Source: Dimorphilus gyrociliatus (Eukaryota > Animalia > Annelida). From it: a stretch of 64,000 bases of DNA. Position 1 is the first letter of the stretch. Every line of letters starts with the position of its first letter. Where the stretch lies: the NCBI GenBank assembly GCA_904063045.1, contig CAJFCJ010000001.1, positions 868,001 through 932,000 of the forward strand, written 5' to 3'. Positions 1 to 13,600 of the stretch are shown here, piece after piece. The position numbers and the translations under genes are program-made. Under the pieces are notes generated by a model, which was not told the DNA's origin, did not search any database, and saw only the letters and a program-made list of their open reading frames with translations.

Positions 1-327
1 CTTTGCCTAAGAAAGTAACTTCAATTGGATAAGTATTGCAATAATCATTAATGACGTAGGAAAAGGATTTTATCAAAAAAATACCCACAAGACTGTTAGT
101 TTGGCTTTTAAGAAATTTTTTGAAATGCCAATAGAAGTTTTAAACAGCGAAAGAAATAAAATAATAAAATAAGAATTCTAATTATTTCAATTAAAGAGCA
201 CTGGAGATTTTAATTTCTTATTTGACAGGTCAATTTTTACAAATTTAGATGTTCGATGATCCTTCATTTTGCATAATATATAGGACAATTACAGATTAAC
301 AAAATCGACTTTTATATATACAAAAGT

Positions 328-3300
328 TTAATTTTTAACTTTCTTTTTCTGTATCCTCTCTTCGCTGGAATCTGCGGAGGAATTTCGTTTTCTTGGTTCT
401 TTACCTACTCCATTCATTTTTCCCATAGTTTTATTTGTTTTTAAAGCTTTCTTTCTTAATTGTTCGAAGCCAAGTTTTGCACATTTTCTCCTGAATTCAG
501 CAAATGGTAATTCTAATTCCTCATCGCTGACTGTTTCAGAAACTCCTGCTTGCTTTCGCCATATCTTTTTTAATTTTTTCATTGGCTGTTTAATTATTAA
601 CAAATTTTTTAATAGAGTTAATCATATGTCGATTTTTAAATACAATCTTACCGGCTCTGGAAAAGACTTTGCAAATTGTTTGAAATTTGGACAATTTCTT
701 ATTTTTTCTGTAACACCGCATATATCTATGAACATTTTCGGTTTGTCATTCATAAGTGTGGTAGCCAACTGGAAACAAAAAAATTTCAATGAGCGAAATA
801 AATAATCTTTTTGTTAAGTTTAAGATAACGAACATTGTATAGTCCTTGAAGTAGTTGAGCGATTCTCTGACCAAATACAATATTCTGATTCTGTTCAAAA
901 AGCATTAAAATAAAAAAAAACACTTTATAATTGACTGATCTGGCTTTTAAATTTTGTGAAAGGTAACCTTTGATTCATTCACGAGGCTTACATGCAAAAG
1001 ATTCCTGATTACCATGTACTGAAAAAAAAAACGTTTATCTTTCAATTTCTGTTATTTACGGAAGATTTATTCTCACCGCGTATGGTTTTCTGTGTGTTTC
1101 TAGCACATTGATTATTGTTGGCCAAAGGAGAAGGGTTAAATTCTGCAGTTTACGTCAAATAAAACATTAAAATTCACTAGAATATGCATTTAAAAAAGAT
1201 AACAATTACCATACTCCTTTCCAAGAATTTACTCAGAGAAACTCTAATAATATTACTAGAAAGAATTAAGGAAAGTATATTAGCACTAAAGGAGATAGGG
1301 AAGTGTTATGAACTTACTTTTTTGATAGCGCGATAGGGATTAAATCAGTAACTAATTGAACGTAATTCTCCATTCGCTCTTCAAAGTGCTGGCCATGCTC
1401 CTCTTTTGTTGATGAGCATATTGTACTACTTAGTAATTCGATAACCTTCATATAATCATTAAATGGCTCTCCCTCAATTTTTGCTGGGGCTAAGATATAA
1501 AAACAAAAGTTATTTCCAACTATATTCTAATTGAAAGGTGTTTTTCGACATACAATGTGTGAAAAAGTCGAATAGATTGCGAATGAAAGTATACACTTCG
1601 CCTGAGAGAGTTTCGTCGATAACAGTTTGCTTGGATACTTCTGCAGAGAATTTCTTTACCAACTTAGTAAAGGTTTGAATAAAAAAGATATTTCTATCCT
1701 TAATGGAAATATTTGTGCACCTCTTTAACAAAACATTGCATATTTCCTATAGATAAAAAAAGTAGTCCTTAATTTTTTGTATAATTAGCTAACTTATAGA
1801 ACTCACCAAGGCGAAGAGGGGGTCTAATGAAGTTTCACCACAAAATCCTCTTGAAATAATTATGAGGAATCTAAAGATACATAACATGTATTTAGTACAT
1901 ATAATATATAAATTTGCTTTAAGGTAAACTAATAAAACTACCTGTTCATGAAGTTAGGGTAAAATGTTTTCAGTTTACGCTCTTTTTCGTTCTGAATGGA
2001 TTTTACCATCTGTCCTAATTGTTTGTTTACTTCGTCCTTCAAAATTAAAACAAATGAAAGGTTATGCTTTTAAAAATAAGAAAATTACATACCGGATCTA
2101 ATTGATCAGCATCTATATCCGACTCTGAACTGTTATCGTCTGATTTTGTTTCTTCGTTATCGGAGGCTTCATTGTTTTCTTCTTCAGCCTCATTCTGAGC
2201 TTTATCGTTTGTAGCATCATCCATTTCTTTATCATTACTTTCATTGTCATTGTCATCATCGTCATCATCATCGTTATCCTCATCACTTTCATCTTCATCA
2301 TCAGACTCTTCATCTGATTCTTTTTCAAGAATTTTACATTCATTCCATAATTCAGCTGCACTTTCCCAATCTTCTAAATGCTCTTTGAAAAATACTGTGC
2401 TAAACTCTTTGAATGATAGAACAGAATCTAATAATTCACAAATTCTTGAACATTGATTATTTCTCTCCTTCAGATATAATCGAATGGGTATTGTAGCAAT
2501 ATAGTGATCATCCTCGAAGCCTGTTGAACTCAAAAAGACAACACAGGCCAACAAAGCGTCGCAGAAGGTTTTTTCGGAAGGGTTTGATTGTAATTCTTCA
2601 ATCAGATTGTGTGCAGTCTAATGAAGAAGAGTGAAAATGTAAGTTGAAATACAGCATAGAATTTAATCCGCTTACTTTAGTAATATTTTCGTATATCATA
2701 CGTTCGTATGGCTTAATAGATTTATCATCACATCTTGATTTGCAATAGGTTAAGAGAAGGTTTACAGATATATAGGATTGACTGGCTTTTAATAGCTCTT
2801 TATCCCCTTCGCATGAATATAATAAGAAATTTGAGTCAGCTGTGAATAATAATTAATTTTTATACGTACACACAATGAACAATTTGAAAGTTAAACTAAA
2901 TACCATATTGAGATATCCATGAGAAATATTGGCTAAATAATGAATGAAAGGAAACTTTACACGAGAGGGACTTTTCTAATGCTTTCATTGATGGATAATA
3001 ATGATCTTGAAAGAAATTCTTAGTCAAATTTTCATCGACTTCTAAGCATTTTTTTGACGATATAAAAGCAGTTAAAAATAATTTTGAGAGTCCTTTGATA
3101 GTTTCTTCTGCGTTGTCGCTGAAAAATGTAGATTAATATAATTATGCCAAAAACTGCTATAGTTAATTTATAATAAAGCTTACGTTGGTGAACCCGAAAG
3201 ACTTTTAGCCAAATCACTTAATTTTTTGAATATTAAAATGAAAAAATCTCTTGACTCATAATTAGATTGCACTTTAATTCTACTAAACAAAGATGAAATA

Positions 3301-4566
3301 ATGTTGACATTTTCATTTTGAGCTCCATTTATAAAAAACTCAGAGAAATGAGGTTGAAATAGATAAGGTATATTCTTCCAGTAAATGCTATTTGTTACTA
3401 ATTCCACATCCTCTTTTTTTTTAATTCGAAGTCCTTTTATTAAATTTTCAGTAAATTTTGAAAGTACTATATCCTTTTTATCTTTTGCTTTGTTTAAAGA
3501 ATAAAACGTTCCACAAGCCTCTAAAAGTAAACCTAAAAGACATAACTTGAATTTAAACTTCTTCTCCGAGTCATCAAATTTCTTTATGGTATTATTTAAT
3601 GTATTTGATAGATCTTTAATATTAGCAACTGATCCCAATATGAGAATATTAAAAACTCCTTTAGCAAAATAAGGAATAAGGTCATCTCTTACATTCTAAG
3701 GAAGAATTTATATCTTTAATAAAATAACAATTTTAATTGTCAAATTTACCTCAAAATGATCAGGTAGTTTAGAGAATTCTATTTTCTTGTAATAACTTGA
3801 AAGTTTATTTTCATCTCCATATCTTATTAATACCTATAAAAAGAATAATATTGTATATTTCAATGTGTAATACAAATGGACGTTTTTTGCATGTATTTAC
3901 CTCACTACTAAGGAAATTTATCAATAAAGTTTCTATAGAGCTGGATTGTGAAGAAAGGAATTCCAGTTGATTATAGTTGATTTTCTATAAAAAATCAAAA
4001 CAATAACATCGTTCTAGAACTTTTACTATTAATTGTAGTATAATTAATTATCTTACCTCATAACTCGAAATATCCGATATAAGTAGTGAGGCTAGGCGAA
4101 ATATTGCTAAAGTTATTGAATTCTCACTCCAAAAATCATCAGGTAGGCAAGAAATGTGTCTAAGAACACTAATTCTTTCTTCCTGTATTCGAAATACACA
4201 TGTTCTAATACGCAGTAAAAACGTAGTAATTGACTAGGCCACATATTTAGTTTTAATCATATAGATAGAAATTATATGTAATCAACTAATGCTTTTTGCA
4301 TTTCTTTTAGAACTAGTTAATTTTTTTCTTAAATTTATTCATTGACCATTCATATATATGAAAGAAGTTGACTATCAAAAGCACGCGGTTCATTACTTGT
4401 TGAGGCCGGGTATGATCGTGAATTTTTACTGATTATTACTAACCTGGCTTTTACTTAAGCAATGAAAGGATCGAAAGATATTGAGGTGAGCAAATTTCTG
4501 AAAGAAATTTGAATTTATTAACGTTTCAGAATCATAAAATCCATCAATTTGGAATTTTTTAGGCAT
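328..4566 (-). CDS. Unidentified multi-exon protein, mostly helical-looking with a central poly-D/E tract and a basic C-terminus; 5' end uncertain
   Basis: Minus-strand ORF pieces (3180-3638, 2045-2554, 1510-1731, 328-603 and smaller ones) are flanked by GT-AG sites and join in frame, e.g. ...SSYE|KINYNQLEF..., ...GLYN|LATTLMNDKPK..., ...SFPEP|PMKKLKK.... Candidate ATG at 4566 (MPKKFQIDGF). Family not recognised. Confidence 0.6.
2238..2320 (-). repeat. Low-complexity GAT/GAC/GAA tract encoding poly-Asp/Glu
   Basis: Encodes ESDEESDDEDESDEDNDDDDDDDNDNESND in ORF 2045-2554. Confidence 0.8.
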
Positions 4567-5212
4567 CTTGAAATATCGTTCAGGCCTATCGATATTTTTC
4601 AATTTCGATAATCGACATCGCCGATGAGTATATCCGTTTCAAAATTTCCGCTACTTTGCGCATGCTCGTCATACGGGTATCTTACAAAACGCGGATATTT
4701 ACAAACAACTTTAATTTTTTTTTTAACAAAATCTGAAGAATGCAGACTTTCAGCTATGTGTTTTATAGAATCAGTTCTAATAAGCATTTTATAAGAATAC
4801 ATGAATTTGATTCTATGAGTTATTAGACCTTAAAATTCATTTTCCCTACTATTATTATCAACAATATTCGTTGGGCTTCCAGACTAGAGAAATTGACTGA
4901 AAAGTAGAAATTACAGAAAATTTTTTCCCTAATAACATATTTCGAAGCTATTGCTACATATAACCTTATATCTTACAAAACAATCAGATGTTTGAAAATT
5001 TTAAATCTCAATAAAAAATGTGTTCGAATATTGAGTATTATCCACATAATGCATCTGCGGAGCTGCTTTAAAGCCTAAGTATGGTGGATACATCAGGAAC
5101 GTTGCTTGATGGATCAAAACGTTAAAAACAAGTCATTGCATTTCAATTATTCTATGTTGATATGTATTTTCTTTCATGTAGTTGATTAAAAAATAAAGGG
5201 ATTGTAAATAAA

Positions 5213-8200
5213 AGTGAGTTGTACAAAACATATTGTATTATTGCTTTAATTTAAATATAGAATTAGCAAATTTTGAGAATTAATTTTTAAACTTTTAAAA
5301 ACAAATTTTCACGTTACGAATACTATCGATTTATAGTGTCTGAAGGTTCAGTTGAGAAAACTCAACGAGAAGCCAATGTTCGGATTAAGGAAGAAAGCAA
5401 GAGCGATGATAGCTCAAACGACAAAGAAACGACGTCAGTTAGTGATAAAACTAAGGGGAAACCAACGATTGATACTGATATAAAAAAAGAAAAAAATTTA
5501 TCCGATGGGGAATTATCTCCTGAATTCGAAATGATTCCTCCTAACCTTATTAAGAAAGAGCCAAGATCCCCAATCCATTCTTCTAAGAAAAAACGTAAAT
5601 CTAGCTCTGGAGATGATGAAGTTCAGCAATTAAAGAAAGTAAAAGAGTTAGAAAAAACTCTTAAAGAAAAAAGGGAGCAAGCTAAAGTTGTCGATGATTT
5701 ATTTAAAAAATTTATTACATCTAAGATGAAAGAAGTTGAACAGGAACGCAAAAAGAAAAAAAAGGTTAAAAAAGAAAAGAGAAAAGGATATCCTGATGAA
5801 ATGAGTGGTCTCAACGAAGATGCAGGTAACGAACGTAAAAAGAAAAAAAAGAAAGTAAAGGTTAAAAAAGAAAGAAAGAGCAAAAGTCCGGACGAACACT
5901 TGAACATAGAAATTAAAAGCGAAAAAGACAACTGGGGAAGCGAAAATCAGAGAATTTATGATGAAGAATTGAGGGAAAATGAAGCTTCTAATTACTATAG
6001 ATACTCAAATCGATTTGAAGATTCATATGATTGCGAGAATAGGGATTCAAGAAGTCATCATAGTCAACATAGTGAGAACGCTGAGAGAAATCGAGAGTAC
6101 TTTCAAAGAAGAGAACGAGAAAGAGATAGGGATAAAGAGAGAGATTGGAATAGAGAGAGAGATCGAGATCGAGATCGAGAGCGAGATGAATACTCAGAAG
6201 ATTATTATGAAAAAAGGCGAAATTTGAGTCGTAATCACTATTCAAGACTTGACAAACAACAATTGAGTCAAGATGATCGATATGAAAATTATAAGGAATA
6301 TTCAAATGTAAAAAGAGGGATGGAAAGTAGACGACAGCTGGATGACTCTCATAGAGGGTACGGAGGTGATAGAGAGATGTTTACTAATGAACACTCAATA
6401 AATCGTCGAGAACCGACACGATACAAAACTAGTCAAAATTACGATAGGGATGAATATAATAGGGAAGACGATGCAATCGAGCACAGTGATCGAAGATCCA
6501 ATTATCATCGTTCCCGTATTGAGAATGAAAGAAATCACGATTATGAAAGTTTGGATAGAGGCTATTACGATTCTAGAGATGATAGAGAGAGATGGAAACG
6601 GCATGAAAATTCTGATTCTCGACAAGATTACGATGGGTATGAGAAAACAAAACTTAGAAATTATGACAACTTCGGTGATTCACGAAATAGTCATTCTCGC
6701 AAATACCCGAGAGATCAACAGGAGGCATCAGATAATTTTCAACGAGAGTATCGCAGGGATCAGAGAGGACGTACGAAAGAACAATATCATCGTGAAAGTC
6801 GAAAATCACTTGAGAAAACGAGTTATCGTGACGATTGTAAAAGAAAAGAACGGTCGGATAGTTCGTATAGAGTGAGATCAAGAGAAAGTTCAGAAAAGAG
6901 AACCTCTTCAGCTTTTGAACATAAAACTCGCAGAGGCGATCATAGCAATCCCCCCCTCTTCCCACCAGTCAAACTCCTTCCACTTCACTCAGGTAGAAAG
7001 AAAGAGCAGGATTACTCCGCTGTTCCACCATGTGGTTATGAAAACATAATAATAAACCAAATTAATAATCAGTGTGACGATAGTGCACAAACTCAGAAAG
7101 AGGATAATCAAACATCAGACGACCAACAAGTTATTAATAATTCTGAATCGAATGAAACCAAAGAAGAACAATTAAAGAAGTGCGAAGAGTTTGTCAATTT
7201 ATGTCTTGAAGAATCCAGGCGATTAGAAGCCAATAAAAGCCCTGTAGAAAAAGAAAATACAGAAAATTTTGATACGAACACACAAGAACCAAATAACGAA
7301 AAGAAGCAAGCCCCTTCTCCCGAAAAAGATATCGTGAAATCGTCTGAAGAAGAAACAGAGAAGGTATATTCGTCAAATGATGCACAAATTGATGAAGTTG
7401 AACGTACAACTGAAGAAGCAACTAAAACAGAGGTTGAACAAAATGAAAAGAAGGTTTCAAATGAAAATGGAAAGCAACAAGAGCAGGGAAAGACTGAAAA
7501 AACAGCTTCCAAAGAAAAAACTATTGAGAACGAAGCAGTGAAGACGTCAGAGAAGAAAACGGGCAAAAGTAGACGAGAGAGATCAAAAGATAGATCTTCC
7601 AATAGAAAAGAGTAAGAAAAATATAAGCTTATTTGAGTACTTACATTAATAATTTTTTTATTAACTAGTAAAAAGCATCATCACCGAAGTAGAAGCAGAT
7701 CAAGCTCTAGGCGCAATCAAAGCTCTTCTCGATCATCAAGGAGACGTCGACGTCATCGGTCTGACTCGGAAGAAAAACCTCAAGGAAAATCTGGTTGGGA
7801 TCGCAATCGTCCTCGAAGTAGAGATAGACAAATGATATATGAATTTCAAAGAACCCGGTCGAACAAAAGAAGAAGATCGTCTAGAAGTAGTTCTGAAGAA
7901 AAACACAGAGAGAGGCACAAAGAAGAGTATTTTGAAAAACAATTTTCACGAGCACCTCCGGAAGGGATAATTGCAATAGATAAAGATAAATTACGTGAAA
8001 TTGCGATGTAAGCTAATTTTAGATTTATAATTTTCTTTTAACTTCTCTATTTTTTACTTTATAGCAAAAATGCGCACAAATATGCAAAAAAGGCGGCTCT
8101 CAAACCTGAAGAAATCGCCAAACTAACACAAGGAAAGAGTATTGATGAATTAACGTCTTTCTGTAAAACAATAGCTGATACAAGATTATCATCTAGTGAG

Positions 8201-10187
8201 GATGAAAAACAAGAAGTGTCCGATGACGATATGACTGCTTCAGTTAAAGTTAAGGAATCCAACTCTATAGTCATGAATATTAGAGTCAGTTATTAAATAC
8301 GTTATAAACTTATTATTAATTGTTATTCATCTGTAGAATGCTAGGCAGTTACCTGCTTTGACACCTGCTGAAAAAGCCCACTATGCTGCAACTTTAAGAT
8401 TACAGTTTCCTGTTTCCAGTGGCAATCAGCATCGAACGAAGGAGCACGAAGAAGTAGTACCTTCAACAGAAAACGTTCCAGGTGATGCAGACAAAGCTGT
8501 TGAAGATATTTTAGACAAAGAAAAATCTAGTGAAAGTCAAGTTGACAAGCCAGACGAACAAAACACAAATTTTTCAAATACTGAAACCAGCGTCTTCCCT
8601 GATGTTTCATCGGAAGTACGTTTCAATTATTACTTATTAATTAATCAATTTAATTTCTAAATTTATCTTTTTGTCTGATAGAAAGTGGATATATCAAAAG
8701 TAGTCGCTGAGAGGCTTTCAGCAATGAGAAAATTACAACAAAATCCAAATGATTCGCAAGCCATATCGGAAGTCTACAAATCTCAAGAGAAGGTATCTCT
8801 TTGGGCGCAATCTAAAAACCTACCTGGACAATTTTTAGGGAGTACAGGCGTTCAACCATTATCTGCAAAGGAATTAAGCGCCAATTCACATCAGGCTTGG
8901 CTGAAAAAGGTGAAAATTTTAGTGCTACTGGTTTAAAAAATGATTAATTTCAAAAAATAATCGTTTCCAAATATTTGGTATGTAAGAATAAAATTTGTTT
9001 AATCATTATGTATTACAACCAAGTATTTGGATGCGAAGGATGGCAAAAAGTTGGATACTGAGATAAAATATAAGAAGAAACTTGACTATTAGCCATCAAC
9101 AAAAGTAAGAAACATTCAAGCATAATTTTCTGACATAGAAAAACTATTTATTGAAAAATTATTGAAAAATAATTTATTTAAAAAGTTTTAACTAAAGACG
9201 CTTCACATTTCCTTCCCTCGCAAACGTTTATAAGAAGTATTACAAATATATCAGATTTTAGCTTATATAATTGAACAAAGCGAAGATATATAAATATATT
9301 ACATGAAAGTATATGAATAGAACGTTTATTCACTGAATAATATTTAATATTAATTGTAAGAAACTAGGAGTTTATAACAATTAAGTTAGTCGAAAATTAT
9401 GATTGAATATTTCGTCCTTTTTGAGAAAAATTCATGGAAATCTCTTAGTTAATCTTCATTTTGATGAAAATTGTTATTTAATGTCTATTAGATGGTAAGT
9501 CGAAAGGTATTTGAAATTGATGCTCTATTTTCAAAAAGTTTTTATTTTCCAGTTTAATCCTAAGATACATTGGCTTTTTATATTTAAGTTACTTATTACT
9601 ATACAGGACACTTTTTTGAAAGCTGGCCCCGTAAGAGGTGGAATAGGAAAAGCATTGCTATGCAAGATGGGTTGGCGGGAGGGTACTGGATTAGGTAGGC
9701 ATGAAGAAGGTAGCCTCGAGCCCCTTTTGTTAGATTTTAAAGTGGATAGAAAAGGTATGAAATATAAATTAATCGTTATTCTTTAATAACTAACGTTCAA
9801 TATCTTATTAGGGCTTAATACGGAAGGTGAAAGGAAAAGTAGTCAAATTCAGTCAGTCGCTCATAATTCAGCTTCTATCATGAAAGATTTGTCAGGTATA
9901 GCCGCTTCATCATTCTGGCCTAGATATTTTAATAATTCTGATATTAAAAAAATTTAGGAAAGCATCCTGTCTCTGCTTTGATGGAGCTTTGTACGAGAAG
10001 ACGATGGGGCGCACCCAATTTTGAGCTAGTCCAGCAAGGTGGCCCACCTCACAAGAAAAACTTTTTGTATAAAGTAATAGTAAATGGTGTAGAGTACGTT
10101 TCGTCTACTGGAAGCCCTAATAAAAAGAGTGCTAAGGCTCAGGCAGCTACTCTCGTCCTCCAAGAATTAGGTTTACTGCCAAAATAA
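5213..10187 (+). CDS. SON: SON DNA/RNA-binding splicing cofactor: K/E- and RD/RE/RS-rich low-complexity region, G-patch and C-terminal dsRNA-binding motif
   Basis: G-patch GIGKALLCKMGWREGTGLGRHEEGSLEP; DSRM GKHPVSALMELCTRRRWGAPNFELVQQGGPPHKKNFLYKVIVNG...KKSAKAQAA; SON-type blocks NLPGQFLGSTG and LRLQFPVSSGNQHR; RS exon after intron 7612-7668. The start is probably a split A|TG (see findings). Confidence 0.9.
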
Positions 10188-10455
10188 TGCAAAAAATATT
10201 CTGTGATTCGTTTAACATTGTTATTGTTGTTTATTTAATTAATAGTAATGAAGATTGATGTATAATGTGCATGAAAAGCGATTTATTCGTAAGAGGAATA
10301 GCAGTATTTTTGGTGAAATCAAATCCATTCACAATTCCTCCTTGGTTAAAAATTTTTTATATATGTTTCAAATGCTATAATGTAACAATTTCCGAATGAA
10401 GTCTTGTTTTAAAATAATAATTTTTCAGTACAAAGATGACGCTTACATTGAGAAT

Positions 10456-10470
10456 TCGATAGATGGCGCT
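10456..10470 (+). promoter_or_regulatory. CTCF-like motif (TCGATAGATGGCGCT) between the SON stop and the TMTC2 start
   Basis: TAGATGGCGC matches the 3' half of the CTCF core consensus; it lies in a GC-richer patch about 140 bp upstream of the TMTC2 ATG. No PWM score computed. Confidence 0.35.
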
Positions 10471-10608
10471 TACCACCGCGCCTCACTTAGATAAAAACCC
10501 TGCTCGCCTATAGAGCTAACAGTCTATGGAGCCCGTGCGCGCGCAGGCACGGATTCTCTAAGGGTATTTCCAGTCATTTGTGCGGTTGACGATGGAAAGA
10601 GCAAACTT

Positions 10609-13600
10609 ATGGATTTTCTGTCATTATTACCGTCTCTTTGCGCTTTAATTGTCTACAGCAATACTTTTAAAGCTGGTTTTGTATACGATGATAGGTAATT
10701 ATAAATAATTTACTTTATATATGTATTTGGACAATAATAGTTTAAAGCGATAAAAATATCGTCTGCTAATACGCGGCAAACACGTGAAATTCGATACCTT
10801 TTCAAATGTTAAAACGGTTTGTAGACCGTCAGACGCTAACATACTAATTCGATTCAAGAAAAACGGTCACTTTTTATAGACTTTTCCATGCTTTTCTTTT
10901 AATATTTACATAAAGTCTTAAGTTTAAAAGTCTGTGTGTTGTTGAGATAAAATCTTCGTTTGCATAACGTCTTTATCTGTCTGTTTGCAGACGCATTTCG
11001 GGGGCAAATATACAAGTGACCTTTAATCTTTAACTTATTATGATATTCACCTAAACATTTCAATCTAAAAAGGATAAGAATTCATTGATCTTTATAGATT
11101 GACATAGTCTAATTGCTTCCTATAATTAAAGAACTGTAAGGTAAATTCCAACCACGTAATTATCGATTGAAGTATATTTGTTTAGGCCGCAGCTATTTTT
11201 CCTCATGAATAAGAAAAACAAGACGAAACTTTGCAAGAATAGATTATTTTGCGCGGATTATTTATATACTTTGACTTATTAACATATTCATTCTATTGTT
11301 GTATTGATCATATAATTCTATATATTTTTAAAGTAGTTTATTGTAGTTTAAGGTTAGCTTTTGTAAGAATTAATATTCCTTGGTCGAATGGAAAGAGAGA
11401 ATATGTTAAAAATTCTCTAGTGATTTTATAAACAAATAGTTAGTAAAACTAGTTGGTTCCCTCAAATATTATGATTGGCATAATAATTATTTCTGTTGAA
11501 TTGTCTTCATTAACCATTAAATGTAAAATGACTGAGACGAGTTGCTTTTTAAACTAGTAATAAGTTTTAAAATTTTGTGACTGTTTAAATTGAATTGCGT
11601 CTAATTATTGTATTATTTTATTTCGTATCCATCTAGCGATATGTTAAAATATACGGCTAAAAAATATAAATAGCTTAATTACACCTCCATAACACGACTA
11701 CAATAAAGCATTATTGATTCATATTTATTACTAGTAAGCTTAATTAGGCATTAATTCAATATAGGAAAAATTTACCAATACCTATTTTTATATAAAATCA
11801 TTTTCTTCTTCTATCATCAGGAAGATGATTCCTTTTATTTATAATTTTTTATGACTTTATCGTTTCGTCATATTTCATACGGTTAACGTATTTATGGTGC
11901 GTGCTAATTTTTTCTTCGTATTACGCTTCTACAGTTTTTCTATTGATCTATCGATTTCTCCAACTTATTTTTTTTGTTTACAGCCGAGCGATTGAGAAGA
12001 ACAACGACGTCCTTCTTAAAACTCCATTGACAGCTCTATTTTTCAATGATTTTTGGGGAACGAAATTAACGGATCCTGGATCTCATGGATCGTATAGACC
12101 ACTATGCATCTTAACGTTTAGACTTCAAGTTTATCTTCATGGCTTAAATGCAAGCTTCTTTCACATAGCCAATGTTTGCCTTCATGGAGTTGTTTGCTAC
12201 TTATTAACGATACTTGTACAAAGTTTGTCAAGGCGGAAATGGCAAGGAATTCTCTGTGGACTTCTATTCTCTGTCCATCCTATCCATTCTGAAGCGGTTG
12301 CTGGTATCGTTGGGCGGGCTGATGTATTAGCAGCCATATTCTTTCTTTTAACTATTATAAACTATGTAAAATATTTGAAAGTTCGAGAACATGAAAATGG
12401 CTTTAAATATCTATTTTTAGCCTTTCTGTTTACAATTTGTAGCCTGTTATCAAAAGAGAATGGAATCTCAGCGCTTGGGGTTTGCCTTATCTTCGACATA
12501 TTGTCTTGGCAAGGACTCGATTTGCAAACTATAATGAACAGAGAGGTTGGAATCTTTTTAAAAAATTTTTCCCACATCACTTTATAGAATAGTCGTAGAG
12601 TGTTCCATCTTTATTCCTTTTAGTCGGCTTCCTATAAGAAATTGCATGTAAATGCCCAATTTATTAACGGCCTGGGTCACTGAATAATGAGTGCATAAGA
12701 TGGGAAAACACGTTCCGTTAAATTCTAAATTACCCTACTTTTTTTTTTCTAGAAAACTAGAATTGAATTCACTTCCACTTTTATAGATATAACTTTCTCT
12801 TGCGTTTGATTCGAGTTATTTGCGCAAATAACTTCTTGATAATGATTAATAATTATTCAATGCGATTGTTGGTCGAATAAGTTTATCTCATATTTGATTA
12901 TCTCTAATTGTTTAGGGAATAACTTTTAATTCAATTGATTATTGATCAAGTAACAAAATATTTTGTTTTACTTTCTAGCATAGAAGAAAGCCGAAACGGG
13001 TGTATTACAAAGGCTCATTATTCCTAATCTTCTCAGCTTTAACTCTAATACTCTTCCGAATGTCAATCATGACCAAAACGCCCGACTTCTCGCCAGCCGA
13101 TAACCCAGCAAGTCACGAAAATTTTTTAACCAGATCTCTAACCTTCACCTTCCTACCTACGCTCAATTTTTGGCTTTTACTATTCCCCTCCAAATTAAGC
13201 TTCGACTGGTCAATGAATGCAGTCCCTCTGGTTGAATCTATCTCGGATTATAGAAATCTCTTCAGCTTATCTTTCTATTCAATTTTAATATATTCAGCAG
13301 TTGGGTTTATGACGGGAAAATTCTCTGGAAGAGATTGCAAATTAGTCGTTTTATCAGCCTCGATTTTAGTACTATCATTTTTTCCCGCTGCTAATCTATT
13401 TTTCTACGTTGGTTTTGTGATTGCCGAGCGTATTTTATATATTCCTTCAATTGGTTATTGCATTTTGGTCTGTTGGGGTTTGGAAAAACGGCGAATAGGA
13501 ATAGCTGCCTTTTTCTTATTAATTTTAATACTTTCGGCAAAAACAGTTATTAGGAATTGCGATTGGAATGATGAAGAATCCCTATACAAGTCCGGTATCG

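Noticed and set aside
5623-7602. Several minus-strand and alternative-frame ORFs over SON (F/L/S-rich)
   Set aside because: Shadow ORFs from the low-complexity purine-rich coding strand; no motifs or splice logic.
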